Shown: positions 49,106-63,458 of the stretch, one piece after another
How the letters are laid out: each line of letters opens with the position of its first letter
How positions within the stretch are numbered: position 1 is the stretch's first letter
From: Antedon mediterranea
Lineage: Eukaryota; Animalia; Echinodermata
Length of the DNA stretch: 64,000 bases
Assembly: GCF_964355755.1 (NCBI RefSeq)
Contig: NC_092672.1
Location: forward strand, 9,300,001 to 9,364,000
Direction: 5' to 3'
Translations under genes and position numbers: made by a program
The notes under the pieces: generated by a model
The model's database searches: none
What the model was told of the DNA's origin: nothing
The model's input: the letters and a program-made list of their open reading frames with translations, nothing else

Positions 49106-50170
49106 TTAGTATTTGTTTTATTATAAGGTTGTTGACATTATAATGTGTCTATTGTATATTTTAATGGTATTATACATATGCCTACATCATTATAATATAG
49201 CTCATCCCCACCCTCCTACCTCCTCCATTAGGCCTATTCCCTGCCCCACCGTTCGATAGAGATTAAATATAAATATATGAAAATTCACTAAAATTAGTTG
49301 TGAAATTAGGTTCTTTTTTTCGTAAAAAAATTAGATTTATGAATAACTTATACAAATTCTCAAGTGTCAACAATAAATCGTCTGTGTTTTTAAACAGTGA
49401 ATAGTAGCCGATAAATTCACGTGCATCCTTCACAATAACAATACAAAATATAACAATATACATACAGAAAATTATAAAGGCAAAAAACAACTAACAACCC
49501 CTAAAATATCCTCTACCCTCCGCAACACCCCAACCAATTTTAATCGATACATAGGGACATAGGGTAGATCATTACTGTACAAAAATGAATAAAGAAATAT
49601 AGTGAAATTGTATTAAATAAAATCAACAGAAAACACAGCTTATTAATAATACAAACGATTTGTTTTGTAATTCAATTCTCCATTCATCTATCATTATAGA
49701 GTTAAGTTTCTTAAAATTTTAGACATTTAAAAGGAGAGAGGAGAAAATATATTTGGATTCACAATTACACTTCCATCTTTAGTATTTCATACAAAGAGCG
49801 TTATGGATCTCAGTTAATTGGAGACCAACCAGAGGTGCTTTTTTTAAGGTATAACGCGCCATTTGGAGCTTGATACGCTTTAGCTTATCTTTATCTATTC
49901 TATACTTAAAGAGCACCAAATAAATGAACAACCATAGTTGATAGAACTATCGATCTCCACAGAGTATCTCCATAATATACTAGTTCAAGTTACTGATACC
50001 GTATCTATAAGAAACTGAAATACACAGCATGCTTTATACGTGTGTGATTGCATTTGATTGTGGGAATAGACATTTCTCAAATGTTGTGGTCTTCATGACG
50101 TGCTCTTTTGAAACATCATATTCATACTGGTTCAATAATTTTGTTAACGCTAGTTTTTGCAGGTTATTTA

Positions 50171-50262
50171 TCCTTTTGATACGATAGATCACGACATCCT
50201 GATCAGTCGTATGCAGAAGGAATTTGGCATTACTGGCTTTTCTTTAAATTGGGTAGATAGAA
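50171..50262 (+). pseudogene. Non-LTR retrotransposon reverse-transcriptase fragment (second copy at ~52275-52370)
   Basis: Translates FDTIDHDILISRMQKEFGITGFSLNW, similar to the CR1/L2 RT motif AFDTVDHxILLxRL..GIxG..LxW. IGVFLDLSK is also readable at ~52408-52434. Confidence 0.7.
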
Positions 50263-51185
50263 TATTGATGGATCCATTCTTCTTCCTTGGTAGTTTTAAT
50301 ATTTGTCTCAGTCGAGCCTTGTATTTCAGGACCTGGTACCCAAGCTATAGTTTTCCAGAGGTTCTCCCATGTTGAAAATCTCAGACTGACTTATTTTCAT
50401 TACTATCTATGGGTGCTGCCTCATCGATAGTTAGTGTCATCAACTACAGAAACGCTGGCCCTTAATTATAGCATCTAAAAAAGGGTGTAATTCGCTCTCG
50501 CATACTTTTTGTGTTGTAGTTTGTAACATATTTCATGCCTTCTAAGTTCATCTAACCAATATTCCATTCGGATTGGATGGTGCGAGGTATTGCATCATCC
50601 CAGCCAAGTTCTTGACGGCATCAATTCTGTAAAATAAGTTAGTAAATTAATTCGATGAGTTGCATAGGCCTGTCAGTTATGGCCTTAAGACAGATTTCCG
50701 AGGAACTACGTAGAATTGTTTGCCGTGATTAATTACAATTTTTGTATGAAACGTATATACAGGTTCGAATCCCGCCAGAGACATTTTTTCATACAACTAA
50801 AAAATACGGAACTTTCGCCAATGACGCGTTTATGAGATCATGTTCCGATGAGCACTGTAATTTGACAGTATTTATTTATATATAATTTACACAGTGCTTC
50901 GCAATACAATTGTATAAATATAAAAACACAACAGGCATAGAAATAAATTCCAAACCGCCCGGTGATACACTGAAAATTATTTAATTAATTTTTGAAATGA
51001 TAAAGATGAGGAAATCTGTGAGAATGAGAAAAAGTCGACCCAACCGAGACTCGAACTCGGACCGTCTGCTTGATATGCAGTTGCCCTAACCATTAGACCA
51101 TTTCATGGTATTGTTCTTTAACTCGATTGGATAACGACCCTTTAACATTCTCGGCGTGGTACGGTTGGAACACAACTAGTCCTCA

Positions 51186-51304
<119 letters not shown>

Positions 51305-51696
51305 CATCAAAGTAAAAAAAAATGTATAATACAGCGCAACACATAATCCTTGATGTACATAAAATAAAGGTAACAACAATATCGCCAATGCATTTAATGT
51401 AAAAATATTATATCGTCATTCACCTCTGGAAAGTAACCTGGCATGGTTATGACGAATTTAATGAACATGCAATCGTAAAAGTTTGTAAACAAATCAACGT
51501 ATAGTTAGAAATAAATACCCAAATAGATATTATGTTTTTCTCCTGTCATTTGTTTAAATCGGGCTATATACAAAATATTTGTACTGTGTATTTGACCTCC
51601 ATTTTTAAATGTAGCAATATATCCGTTTTGCCCATTTTTATCCTAATACATTTTAAATAAAAATAAAAGTTTTAAAACACAGAATCGATTGAATTT

Positions 51697-51990
51697 ATAT
51701 TTATACTGGGTAACCTCTTCAGTCAAAGACTGGTCTCCCAGAGGACCCAGTTGGTGATCAGTGGCTGTAATGTACTAATACACCGGGGTAACCCCCTACT
51801 CGTCTCGTACTAGGTTCTTTAAAGTGCACACGAGCGAGATGTGTACACTGGACCTACGGTTTATAGTCCTTATCCGAGAAGACTCGTTCTAACCACCAGA
51901 ACCACGGAGTGAGTGAGCCTCGAACCCCTGCCGATGTTATGGCTACGTAATTACTGTTCCACTGTCGTAACCGCTCGGCCACTCACTCCC
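51697..51990 (-). mobile_element. tRNA-headed SINE with a Deu/Nin-like central domain
   Basis: Minus strand: head GGAGTGAGTGGCCGAGCGGTTA..GGTTCGAGGCTCACTCACTCC, then TCGGATAAGGACTATAAACCGTAGGTCC..GCACTTTAAAGAACC..GAGTAGGGGGTTACCCCGGTGT, resembling the DeuSINE core. A second near-identical copy is at 59062-59660. Confidence 0.72.
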
Positions 51991-53305
51991 TACGAATGTC
52001 TACTAATGTTGATTTGCGAAATTATTGGTTTAGGTTCCCGACCAAATCAACATTAAACTCAGATTTTCGCCCAGTTTCTAACCTTCATACGTTAGGTAAG
52101 ATTATTCAGTATCTAACCATTTCCTGTCTACTTTATGAAACATATCAGTCGGTATAAATAATATAATAAATCTCATAGTACGGAAACTGCTCTATCGCGT
52201 TAAAAGTGATATATTATGTTGATGAAACATGATAAAGGGTGATATATTATGCTAGTTTTGGCAGTTTTTTTTTTATCCTTTTGATACGATAGATCACGAC
52301 ATCCTGATCAGTCGTATGCAGAATGAATTTGGCATTACTGGCTTTTCTTTATTAATTGGGTAGATAGAAATAAAATTACTTCAGCATTACATAAAAGGGA
52401 TTTTTTTATTGGCGTCTTTCTTGATTTGTCAAAGTCAGTCAAATACCACAATACTTCTATCACAATTAATTGATTGGTTTAAAAGTTATTTATTATTTAC
52501 CTCCGCCAAGGAGGTATCTCTAATCGATCGCGTGTGTCTGTTTATTTGATTGTCTGTCTGTTTGTTAGCAGAATTACTCAAAAAAGTTATTGCAAGAAAT
52601 ATGTGGCCAAGGACCACTCCATTACATTTGGAGGCAATCCGGACTACGGTCCCAATTTTTGACCACTTTTTAGTATTATTTTCAGACCTGCTAATTTACG
52701 ATTTGCACCGAATAGAGGTGTTTTTCACAAACTGTTTTACATATAAACACAATATACACAAATAAACGTCGTAGAAGTGGTGTATTATTGTCATGCGGTA
52801 AGTACATTTGAAATCGCTGAAATTATACTATGTATTCGAGAACCATCCCTAGTTGTTAAAATTGTTATAAAATACTAAAAAATATTTTAGAAGTGATTAT
52901 ATCGAATTACAGTATTTAAAAATGCTTATATATTAAAATGCTTATATATTATGCGTGGTGCGTGTTAGTGTTAGGCTACTATTATGTAGTTTCTTTTATA
53001 TTATATGTAGGAATACTTTAACTTTCCAACTTGTATCTTTAAAACCTTATTTCATGTTTTTTTCTATGATAATGTTTTATTTTTCAAAGGGTCTTACGAC
53101 TACAGACAATTCCTTGTCTCCGTAAGATTCATGTAACATATATATTAAATATCTAACATATTGTAGATTCTGTAAGTAAATGCACGGTGTTATCATTGAG
53201 TTTGTACGATATTGAGTTAAATTTTGTGCACACTTCCATTTCGTATGGTCTCTATCTCCTTGGCTTTGCGCGCGCGGTCTTGTTGGCTTTAGAAACACCT
53301 ATCAA

Positions 53306-53524
53306 TAGAGGGCGACATTTAAAAAATATACTGTAGAAATTTGTTTGGCGTGCGAGGTCAATATAGTAGCTGCATCAAATTTGTTTTCGGTATTTAGATA
53401 TTGTTATTTTGTTTTCGGTTTGTTTTCGGTTGTTTTCGGTTGTTTATGGTTGTTTTCAGTTGTTTATGGTTGTTTTCGGTTGTTTTCGGTTGTTTTCGGT
53501 TGTTTTCGGTAATTAGACTGACCG
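53306..53524 (-). repeat. Right TIR with subterminal (GGTTGTTTTC)n array
   Basis: Reverse complement of the left TIR, including atagagggcgacat, with ~50-60 bp of extra sequence. Confidence 0.9.
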
Positions 53525-53595
53525 GTATGTACAGTGCATTTTTTTCATCCACAAAAATACACCAGTCGAACTTTGCATGCTTACGTCAAACTTAA

Positions 53596-54303
53596 AGCTC
53601 AGGTACAGGCATGAATTTTACATATAATATTTGGTTAATTGTACATAAATCAAATATTTGTCGAAAAAACATGAATTTCCCTTAATATAGTCAAATACAA
53701 AATTTGGCAAAATTCTTCCATAAAAACCAGGAAGACTTTTTTTAAGTAGTTAGGTAGTTAACCTAATGTAATAACATGTCTGGTGACTCCCTAGACGGTG
53801 AAAAAAGATGGTGGATATACGGTGGATACTTTTTGCTATAGCATGAAAATAAAAATCTGAAGTTGAATAAAAATATCAGAAATGTAATATTCAAGTTATA
53901 TTATCTATATTTAGTCATCTGATAACATTTTTTACCACACCATTTATTTTTCATAGCTTTTTAAAATGCCTCTCTATTTACAAAATGTGTGTACAAAAGA
54001 ATAGAGATTTTACTGTGTAATTTGAACTATCCCCCCCCCCCCCACTGATAAGAAAGGGCTTATTTTCAACAAGCTCGTGTAACACAAATAAAATCGATCA
54101 AATATAGATCGATAATTATTAGAATGTCTGATCAATAGACATTTTTTGCCCGCACCTTGCCTTTAAAGCTCAGGTACAGGCATGAATTTTAAATACTAGA
54201 TGGTAGATGGTAAATCTAAAAAATTATGAAACATAGGGGAAACTATAGATAAAAAATTATTGGAATGTATGATCAATAGAAATTTTTTGCCCGCACCTGG
54301 CCT
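53596..54303. mobile_element. Two head-to-tail TTAA-flanked non-autonomous elements (Kolobok-like)
   Basis: TTAA|AGCTCAGGTACAGGC..GCCCGCACCTTGCCT|TTAA|AGCTCAGGTACAGGC..GCCCGCACCTGGCCT|TTAA, with imperfect TIRs starting AG. Confidence 0.6.
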
Positions 54304-55173
54304 TTAAGGATTTGAAGCATGGTATTTTGGTAGGGGTGAGAGAACATTAACATGCGTATATTACAACAAAAAAAAGCCTGCCACATGCATCATTTGTTGT
54401 TTTATTTTCAAGAACTAGTTCACTTGTTAATCTCCGTTAATCCAGATATCTGTTAGCTGCATCTCATGCAACATGAAGAAAAACATGTCTATAAATAGAC
54501 TATTTCTGTAGATACACATGCTTCAAATAATAATGACTTTCCTTTAACTTTGCTGTATTATGACCCATATCATAATAATTATTCTGACACAGTAGTACAC
54601 ATGTATAATAACATTATGTATACATTTTGAATTCCTTGAAAGTCTGTATACATATATAAAGTTAAAGTTCAGTTGCCTACAGTATACTGAATATCATAAC
54701 CCATCATTAATATAGAAACCCACCATATATTTTTATTTTTCCTTACATTTTTTTATAACCAGTTCAGTTGAGTGCAGTTACTACATATGAAATAACTCAT
54801 AATATTTTTCTAAAAGTATTAATAATAATACCATTAAAGGTTGTTTCATTTACATAATTGAAAGACTATAGGCCTATAGGCCTGAAAAAAAAATGACAAT
54901 TCAGAAAACTAAATATACAGTACACATTTACCATTTAAGGTCAATTTTCCACAGAAAAAAACCTGGACAGTGTACAGGTTAACACCACCACTGCCAATTT
55001 AATAAAATAATATTTAAAACATACTACAGTACTAGCAATGCCTAATTAATAATAATAAATTGTGAGAGGTTCAATTAAAGAAACAAATATTTAAAATTAC
55101 ATGAAACTTGCTCACAACGGTGAATTATGATGGGCATTATAAAGCATGGGATTACAAAGGCATTATCAATATT

Positions 55174-55399
55174 AGTCCAGATCCCTATGTATTTTCGTGT
55201 GCAGATCATGGGGAAAGTGTAAACATTGTGTTTTATGAATATTTGAATCATGCTGACCTCAAGGTCAAAGATGAATTTTAGAAATTTGACAACATGGGTT
55301 TTTATAACCAGCATGATTCAAATATTCATAAAACACAATGTTTACACTTTCCCCATGATCTGCACACAAAGGCACTTTTTTGACATAGGGATCTGGACT
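55174..55399. repeat. Long inverted repeat / foldback MITE (~80-bp arms, ~50-bp loop)
   Basis: agtccagatccctatgt..gtgcagatcatggggaaagtgtaaacattgtgttttatgaatatttgaatcatgctg pairs with cagcatgattcaaatattcataaaacacaatgtttacactttccccatgatctgcac..acatagggatctggact. Confidence 0.85.
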
Positions 55400-56840
55400 A
55401 CTGTATATGGCATTCCAAATTCCATATACATGTAGAGGCAATTTGCATATGTGTTAGCAGGTGTAACGAACGGCATGCAAACCTTTTTATTCTTTGTCTC
55501 TCTCTCAACTACCGACCATTGAACAAGCAGGACGTATTTGTTTTACTTACCGTTGTTTGTTAACTCAAGGAACTTTGCGTATCCTGTACATGTACAGAAG
55601 AAACTATATTATTGGAATATATTATGTGTATATAATTACGGAGCCAAGTATAAGAAGTTACTAATGATATTTGGACCCAATGCATGCTCTCACAACAACT
55701 TAAATTATTTATTTGGTTAAATAGTCAAAGAAAGTATACATCTCGCATTATATATTCATCTGTAATTAGAGGTAGGCCTAACTATTTAATTAAGATGTTT
55801 CTTTACAAGTATGGAATGCACATGTGTCAAAATTCTTCTAAAACTTCCTAAAATACAATATTTAAAATGCTAAAAAAAAAAACTAAACATATACAGATTA
55901 AAATCTTGCAGCAATTATAATATAATTTTCCAAAAAGCCATTTAAAATTTCAGTAATATTCATTATTTTACAAGCTGTCTGTGTAGTTACATGGCAAATT
56001 CTTAAATACAGTAAAACTGTTGTTAGTCCTCTAGCCTTCAAGTGACGAATGTATCATGGATTTATCCTAAGAAATTTAACACATCTGAAATAATGCAGGA
56101 TTCACCACAAAAAAAAAAATATTATTTAATGTTTCTTGGGTGGTAATGGTGATAATATGGTAGTAATTAATCTTATGATAAACCAGGTACAATTATTTTT
56201 TGGTCAATTTGACACTAGTCTCATTTTTCTTAAATGAAAATATCAGCAACAATAGTTCCAAGCACCACATTTAAAAAGTGCCAAATTAAATGCTTTACAC
56301 ATGTACACATGGTAAGATCCACATACTATGAAATCTACCTTTATTTGTACAAATTTAATTCTTTTGTTCTTTCAAACAGGTCCCATATAAAATACAGCAT
56401 TTAAAACCGAGATAAATTAAGAAAACAACTACTATCTTCTTTAACAAAAATTTACTTAAGTTTAAATAAGACTTATATTTTTATATGTCAATCGATCCTT
56501 TGTGGAAGACAAATGGTGACATTTGTTTATTATGATATAATCATATAAAATCTTGTTTTTCAATGTTAACATATTAAACCTAGTAGAAATATTTAAAGTT
56601 AACTTTGAGGAAAAATAAAAATCAACCAGCAATCAGAATCTTTAGTAAAAAAAAACAGCATCATTATCTTATACGTGTTTGGTTAAGTTGTACCAATCAC
56701 AGGGTCCTAGATTGAACCCTATTCTGGTTGTGCCTACCACGGCAACACCCATACCCTCCCACAATGCCCCACTTCTTCAATACATAGTCATGTCTAGTTC
56801 TCCTCTCATATATTTATTTACATAATAATAATAAGTACCA

Positions 56841-59800
56841 CTATTCTTTTCCCATAGCTTCAAACATCTAAAAAGGAAAAAAAAAGAAAATAAAAAGATC
56901 AATAACAAGCTCACTAAGCAAAAGAAATAGCTAAATAGAATCAATTTACATACAGTATGTCTGACTTTACCTTTGCTCTTGCCATAACATTCTTTGAAGA
57001 TATAGCACGTTGTAGCATTGGCGACGCTCTGCCACTTGTTTTGTTTGAAAACTTTTCAACATTTAGATTCTGTAGAGATAAAATCAATTAACAAATCAAG
57101 TTTAGATAATCGTCTTATACACACGCTACAATATTTGGTTGCAATGAAGTTAAAACAGATTGCTAATGTACTGCACATTTATGTTTATTGCCAGTGCGCC
57201 AGATAGTCTGATGACTTTCCCGCCTCGGCTGCTTTGCTCATATCTTGGATTGCTTTCCTTCAGTCCAGTACTTTACTGTACCGTAGTATTAAATTTATGC
57301 AATGTTCTTCTTAAACTATACTAATACCTCATCTCCTTTGGAAGCTCTCGCTATCTTCTCCTCCATCTCAGTTAGTTCTTTACTCGAAGCTGTCCACTCT
57401 TGTATGGCTGCATTTAACTCTTTTTCAATTTTGGCTTTCTTTGCTTCATCTTGACATGCATTTTTTCTTCCTCTATTAATATTAAACAAATGAAATGGTA
57501 ACATTATATACAAACCAGTTAAATCTAGGTATCTATGTATGTACATAAACATTTTTTTAAATACATTTATGATTCGGTCAGTCATAAATTTAAGCCACCA
57601 TTTCACGAAAAAATGTTGTTGATAATGGAAATCTTCCATTCTGTGAATGTCTATAGCTTTATGAATTTATTTAGAAACAAAGATAATTTTGATCAGTGCC
57701 CTGAATTGTTGATGTGAATACTATTTTAAAAGAAATCTTGGTTTACCGAAGTTCAGTTTTCTTTATGCGAAGATCTTCTCTCTTCTGCAGCAAGAGTTTC
57801 CTTTCTCCTTGAAGTCGATCAATATCTAATAAATGCTTTTTGTCAGACTTCACAAATTTGTTTTCCATTTTTGGAACTTCTGCAAATATAAAATAGACAG
57901 ATTTTTGTTTTAAAATAATATATTTGTACCATGTTTTGAAGCAATATTTAATAATTTCTCGGGACCACTCAATATTCTTTTTTAATTTATTAATACCCAC
58001 CCGAGACTTTCTCTTCATTCTTTTTTTGTACAACTTCAGTGACCAAAGGCTCTACACTGACTTTACTGGAATTGTCTGCTCCAGAATCTGCATTACTATC
58101 TGCATCATCTTTTGGCTCTTCTGTTTTTTTACCCTTTTCCTTCTTTTTCTTTTCTTTCTTTTTCTTTTCCTTTTCCTTCTCCTTCTTTTCCTTATCTTTA
58201 ATGTCCTTTCTTTGAAGGTTAGGCGATTTTTTGGGTTGCAATTTGGCCTTCAGCCATGCCTGGAATAAAAGTGTGGAAATTGTAAGTATGAACTTTCACC
58301 ACAAATACAGATTTTGTGATTATAATTCGTAACGAATGATGTTGAAAATGGAACAAATTTAATAAATAAGTTAAATACTAATTAATCTCTTTTTGTCAAG
58401 TTAAAATATTATCTACCAAAAAAAAATTAGAAATTAAAACTACTTATTTGAAAAATGGTTTGGTAAACATGTATGCATACTGTAGACCCAGGAAAAACAC
58501 ATTCCAGAGTTGTTTTAAACTTACAGATGCCGTGGGGTTATTTTGATACACTGGATCAGTTTCTGGTTCTTCTACATTGATTGTTGGTGTTTCAGGCTTA
58601 GCCTTCTCTATTGATTCATCCATTTCAAGGTAAACAGAATCTTTTCCTTCTGTTTCTGCGGACTGAATACAAACCACATTCAATTTTTTCTTGGTTTTGA
58701 CTAATACCAAACAGATTAAGATACTCTTGCTAAGTTACAGTAACTACTGTATTCATTTAACCATAATAAAGCAATACCGAGTCATCTTACCTGAGGTGAC
58801 TGCAGAAAACATTTTTTTTCGTGTGCTGTGTTTGCACAATACATTTGGCAAAATCAGCAATAATCATTAAAGCTATAATGTTATAATATTAATGGCCCAG
58901 GGACCACTAACGGTTGGAATCCAATCACCTGTGAAACTGATGTGAACATGATTACACATCCTCATATTCACTTTCTTTTTGGTTATCACATGGTATACTA
59001 CAAACCTTATACTTTTTACTATTTTTTCCCATTATGAAATATATTGATTGATTGATTGAAATATATATTTATACTGGGTAACCTCTTCAGTCAATGACTG
59101 GTCTCCCAGAGGGCCCAGTTGGTGATCAGTGGCTGTGATGTACTAATACACCGGGGTAACCCCCTACTCGTCTCGAAAGATGTACTAGGTTCTTTAAAGT
59201 GCACATGAGCTAGATGTCATTTACTCTCAATTCTTAATTCTGGCCCTGAAACCTTGACTCAGAAATACCGGGATGGTGTCCGGCGGGGGATAGTTTTACC
59301 TTAGTTAGGCATAGTTAAGCTTAGTTACATTTTTTTTTTTCACATTATTGATTGTCTCCATCCCCGAAACCTCGACTAAGAAATACTGGAATGGTGTCCG
59401 GCGGAAGATAGTTTATTACCATTAGTTAAGGTCCTATGTAAAGCACCTAGAGGGGTCAGTGATCCATTAGGCGCTATATAAATACTGTTTATTATTATTA
59501 TTATTATGTGTACACTGGACCTACGTTTTATAGTCCTTATCCGAGAAGACTCGTTCTACCACCAGAACCATGGAGTGAGTGAGCCTCGAACCCCTGCCGT
59601 TGTTATGGCTAGGTAATTACGGTTCCACTGTCTTAACCGCTCGGCCACTCACTCACTCACTTATATTAAACAATAAAACAGATTTTTTAAACATGGAGAT
59701 CTACCTGATGCCAAATAAAATTTTAGCTTTTGTCAGAACACAAGATCTTTCCATTTACAGTACCGACTAATTGACCGATTTTCAAGAGATTATTCTACAG

Positions 59801-62800
59801 CTTTGATTCTTAGCAGCATCAATTTAGATTTAATACAAAAACATTTTTATTATTCAAATTTGTTTGAATTCAGTTCTTGATCTGATAGTTGTATCAAGGA
59901 AATACCATTTAACAATGTTATACGCAACTTTACAAACCCTAAAAAAATGATTTAATCAAATCACTAATAATAAAATAAAGTTAAACATATCAAATTAACA
60001 TACATTTTCAAAGCGTTGCAGCAGAGAAAAGATACTGGGTAGCTTTGGATTTTGGACAACAGGTGGTTCCATTTGCTCTTCTGGCATGATGTAGTCACTT
60101 TCCAAACTCTCAGCAAAGCCAGTCTCCTGGATCAATTTTCGTAATAGTTTGCCATGGTCTAACTGGTTCACTGCCTAATATCAATAGGTAATGATGGTAC
60201 ATAAAAAATGATAATTAGAAAATAAATTTGATAATTTTATTGAATGTATGGGAAAAACATTTTAAAGAGGCAGTAAAACTATTAATGCAAACAAATTTGT
60301 ATCATGTTTTCTATCCTATTGTTACATAAATTCAATATGGCCATCATAATTGTCAAATAGATAAATGATGCCCATGGTTTCATAAGACATAATCCCCATG
60401 GCAATACCACTACTCTACAAAATCAACAAAAAACACATATATTTAGAAACATTTTTCATAGCAGAAACGGATAACCTTGAAAAACTAACAAAACTTAAAT
60501 TTAAATAAATACAACTGTAAATGCTATATTTTTATTCCACCAACCATGAAATTAAACAATCATATCAAAAGGTTTTTGTTGAAAAACTAACCTCGATGTA
60601 GAGATAAGTTGTGTCACCCTCAAATAGTGTTAGTGTATTTTGTCGTTTGGCTTGTTTTCCTTGTCCAATCTCCAAGCCTTGTAGGGGCTGTGACAGTACA
60701 AGTTTTTCACCAGATGTGTCTTTGTAAATATGTATAATTTGATTTGTGACCAAACAAAAACGTTCCTTCCATTTTGTTTCTCCATGTACTGGACTATAGA
60801 CATTTACAACTCCTTAAAAAATTTAAAACAAAAAATACTGTACAGAAACTCTGTATACATGCTTTGGCATGTAGTATACAAAAGCGATTTTATGCAGCTA
60901 AAAAAAAATTAGAAAACTAGCTAGTTGAAAAATTTTATCCATCAAAATGTTGGCAAACTTCCGAAGAGGAAACCCTTAAAATATAACTATTCAAAAATAG
61001 AGAAGGAAAAAAGAAGAAAAAGCACGAAATAAAGAAAGAAACAAAGAAAGAAGGAAAAGAAGAAATTAAACATAAAAGCATTAAAAAAAGTATAAAAGAA
61101 AAAAAATAAAGCAAAAAAAGAAAGAAGAAAAGAGTAGATTAAAAAATAATTAACAAAAGAAAACAGAAAGCATAAAAGAAAATCAAAAAAGAGAAAAAAA
61201 AAGTGAAAACAAAAGAAAATAACAAAAAAGAGGAAAAAAATAAAAAGACACACAAATGCAATAAAAAAAAAGCAAGACACAAAAGAAATAAAACTAATTA
61301 ATTAAAGGGAAAAAAGTAGAATAAAAAAGAAAAATAAAAGAAAAATGAAAGAATAGATAAGGAGAGAAAAAAGAAAGAAAAAAAATTAATGACAATTATA
61401 GAATAAAGATATTAATTTATTAGTAAATAACTTTCTACCTGCAAGGTTGCCCTCATTGTCCTCAGTAAATACAGGAACTGATCTGGATCGTCTCTTTAAC
61501 ATATTTGGTAACTTTTTTTTATCTGTAAAAATAAAATCGGAAAATAATTACGAGCTCTTAAAGATTGTCCACCTGAAAAATAATTTTTTTTCTATTTTAT
61601 TTTAATATGTCATTTGGATGTTCCATAATAGTTATTTACTTTGATTAAAAATTGATTTGAAAAAAATAAATATTTACCTGAAAAAACGTATATTTACAAA
61701 AATTAGTCAAATTGATTGCAAGGTTGAATTTAACCATTTGTTTTGTCTTTATATGTGTTTTTTTTTTTGTTCTGTGGAAGTGATTACATTTATTAAAACT
61801 ACAAAATGGCCTTTTTAAAATCTGATTTTATAAATCTTTATTTGTCATGTTTTTGGGGGGACAATACATCTTTAATCTAGATAGTAAGATGGCACAAAGT
61901 CATATGTGAGATGCTACAAGTTGAAAATATATAGTTACCTTTTTTAGATGGCGCGTCTGTCACTTCAAGAATTGAACTGTGTGGGTTATTTTCAGATGGA
62001 ATGTTGTCTGCATTTGTCGCCTCTTCTTGGAGTACCTAAAACATTTAATTTATAGGGAACTTTGTGATGACCAAGGACTGAGGATTAATGTGTTCTCTTT
62101 ATTGAAGGAATAGAGTATAGGGAAGTAAATCCAAACTTTCCCATATGCACACAATACATTATTAACATGACCTAACTTTTTCCTAAGTTTTTACTACAGT
62201 AGTTTATAACCTAAATCTCTTTATTCATCTCACAAACAAACAAAAAAAAGCAAGGAGTAAACCTATAATTAACGATGAAAGAGACATCCAAGAAACCCCA
62301 AGGGGCTTGTGATAGGAGGCCCACTAAAAAATAGTTACATTAATTAAGATACCGTAAAAAGAATAAAAAATTAAATTTTTTTTTGTCTTGTGTGGGTTCG
62401 TCCCACTTTTATTATAGTTCTATAAATATAATAATATATGTATATATGCACATTTATATAATTCTCTTATTTATAAGGTACATTGTTAAAAAAAATACAT
62501 ATCTTTTGAACAGTATATACATAAGACTAAGATTATTTTGATGTTAAGAAGTAACCACATTTACATTCATATACATTTTTAAAAATACAATTAATTAAAA
62601 TATGTCGATGGCAATAAACTGACGATAAAAATTGATTTAAGAAAAACGTACTTATGAAAAAGTTATTATTGTTGTTTTATTCTGTTCGTGTCCGTTGTCT
62701 GGGTAGAGAGGCTACAAACTCAGGGGAAGAATATAAAGAATCTTCCCTTTTCACCAAGAAAAAAATGGATGAGATGAAAACGAAGAATGCAAAAGCTTGA

Positions 62801-63458
62801 AAAAAGGGTGTTTAGAATGGATAGGATGGAATGATATATATAATGAAAACCGTAAGGTTAGAGTCCATACACAGTGCAAGTCCAAGGTAATATTTTGGCT
62901 CTGTGTGTATGAGTCGCTTCATACCCGGATCTTAAAACTAATATAGTTACTAGGCCTATATACAATGTATTTAAGAGATAAAAATAGCATTTTTTTTTAT
63001 TTCATTAATTTAAGGAGATTTTGCTTTATATCTCCCCATTTACATTGAGCTTTAAAAAATTAAACTTAATTATGAATACCTTAATCCAAGTTTGAAGTTT
63101 CTCTTGGCTTGTGGTTGCAAAGTACTGTGACGTCTGCCCCTGGTGATGGATTCCAAATACAAATTCATTCTTTCCATCCTGTACATCCTCTGTGATATTG
63201 TACCCAAACAGGGTCAAAGATTTTGATGGCACTTTATCAGATGGCTTACTATACATATATAAAACACCCTTGTTCACGGTGCAATATTTTCTGCTCCACT
63301 TTCCAAGAGAGATTCTTGACAATGTACCAGAAAAGCTTTTGATGGAGAGAATTCCGTAGTGGATGATGTATGGGTCATTTTCACATCGTATTTTGAATTG
63401 TTCAGCTTTACTATTTCTTGTTTGTACCGGAACATCTCTTTCTGGTAATGAAGGTGCA
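56841..63458 (-). CDS. AFAP1 (actin filament-associated protein)-family adaptor: two PH domains, Lys-rich linker, C-terminal coiled coil; 5' exons lie beyond the window end
   Basis: In-frame GT-AG exons 63080-63458 (PH1, GKWSRKYCTVNKGVLYMY..LQTWIK), 61939-62035, 61439-61522, 60592-60812 (PH2, TKWKERFCLVTNQIIHIYKD), 60004-60174 (HGKLLRKLIQETG), 58525-58662, 58001-58259, 57747-57879 and 57328-57472 (coiled coil), 56971-57069, 56841-56867 (KNVMARAK|MFEAMGKE*, similar to the AFAP1 C-terminus). Confidence 0.72.
59062..59660 (-). mobile_element. Second Deu-domain SINE copy, interrupted at 59218-59505 by a retroposed insert
   Basis: Both halves match 51697-51990. The insert is flanked by ATGT and ends gtaaagcacctagag..gcgctatataaat..(ATT)n. 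Confidence 0.75.
60990..61400. repeat. A-rich purine low-complexity tract (intronic)
   Basis: Visible A/G-rich run; it causes the Phe-rich spurious ORF. Confidence 0.8.

Noticed and set aside
51035-51105. Possible tRNA gene on the minus strand (also tRNA-like boxes at ~19350-19410 and ~24140-24200)
   Set aside because: A and B boxes are present, but the anticodon loop is non-canonical and the acceptor stem is poor; better explained as SINE or pseudogene relics. tRNAscan-SE would decide.
60987-61280. Phe-rich, membrane-protein-like ORF
   Set aside because: Antisense reading of an A-rich intronic low-complexity tract.
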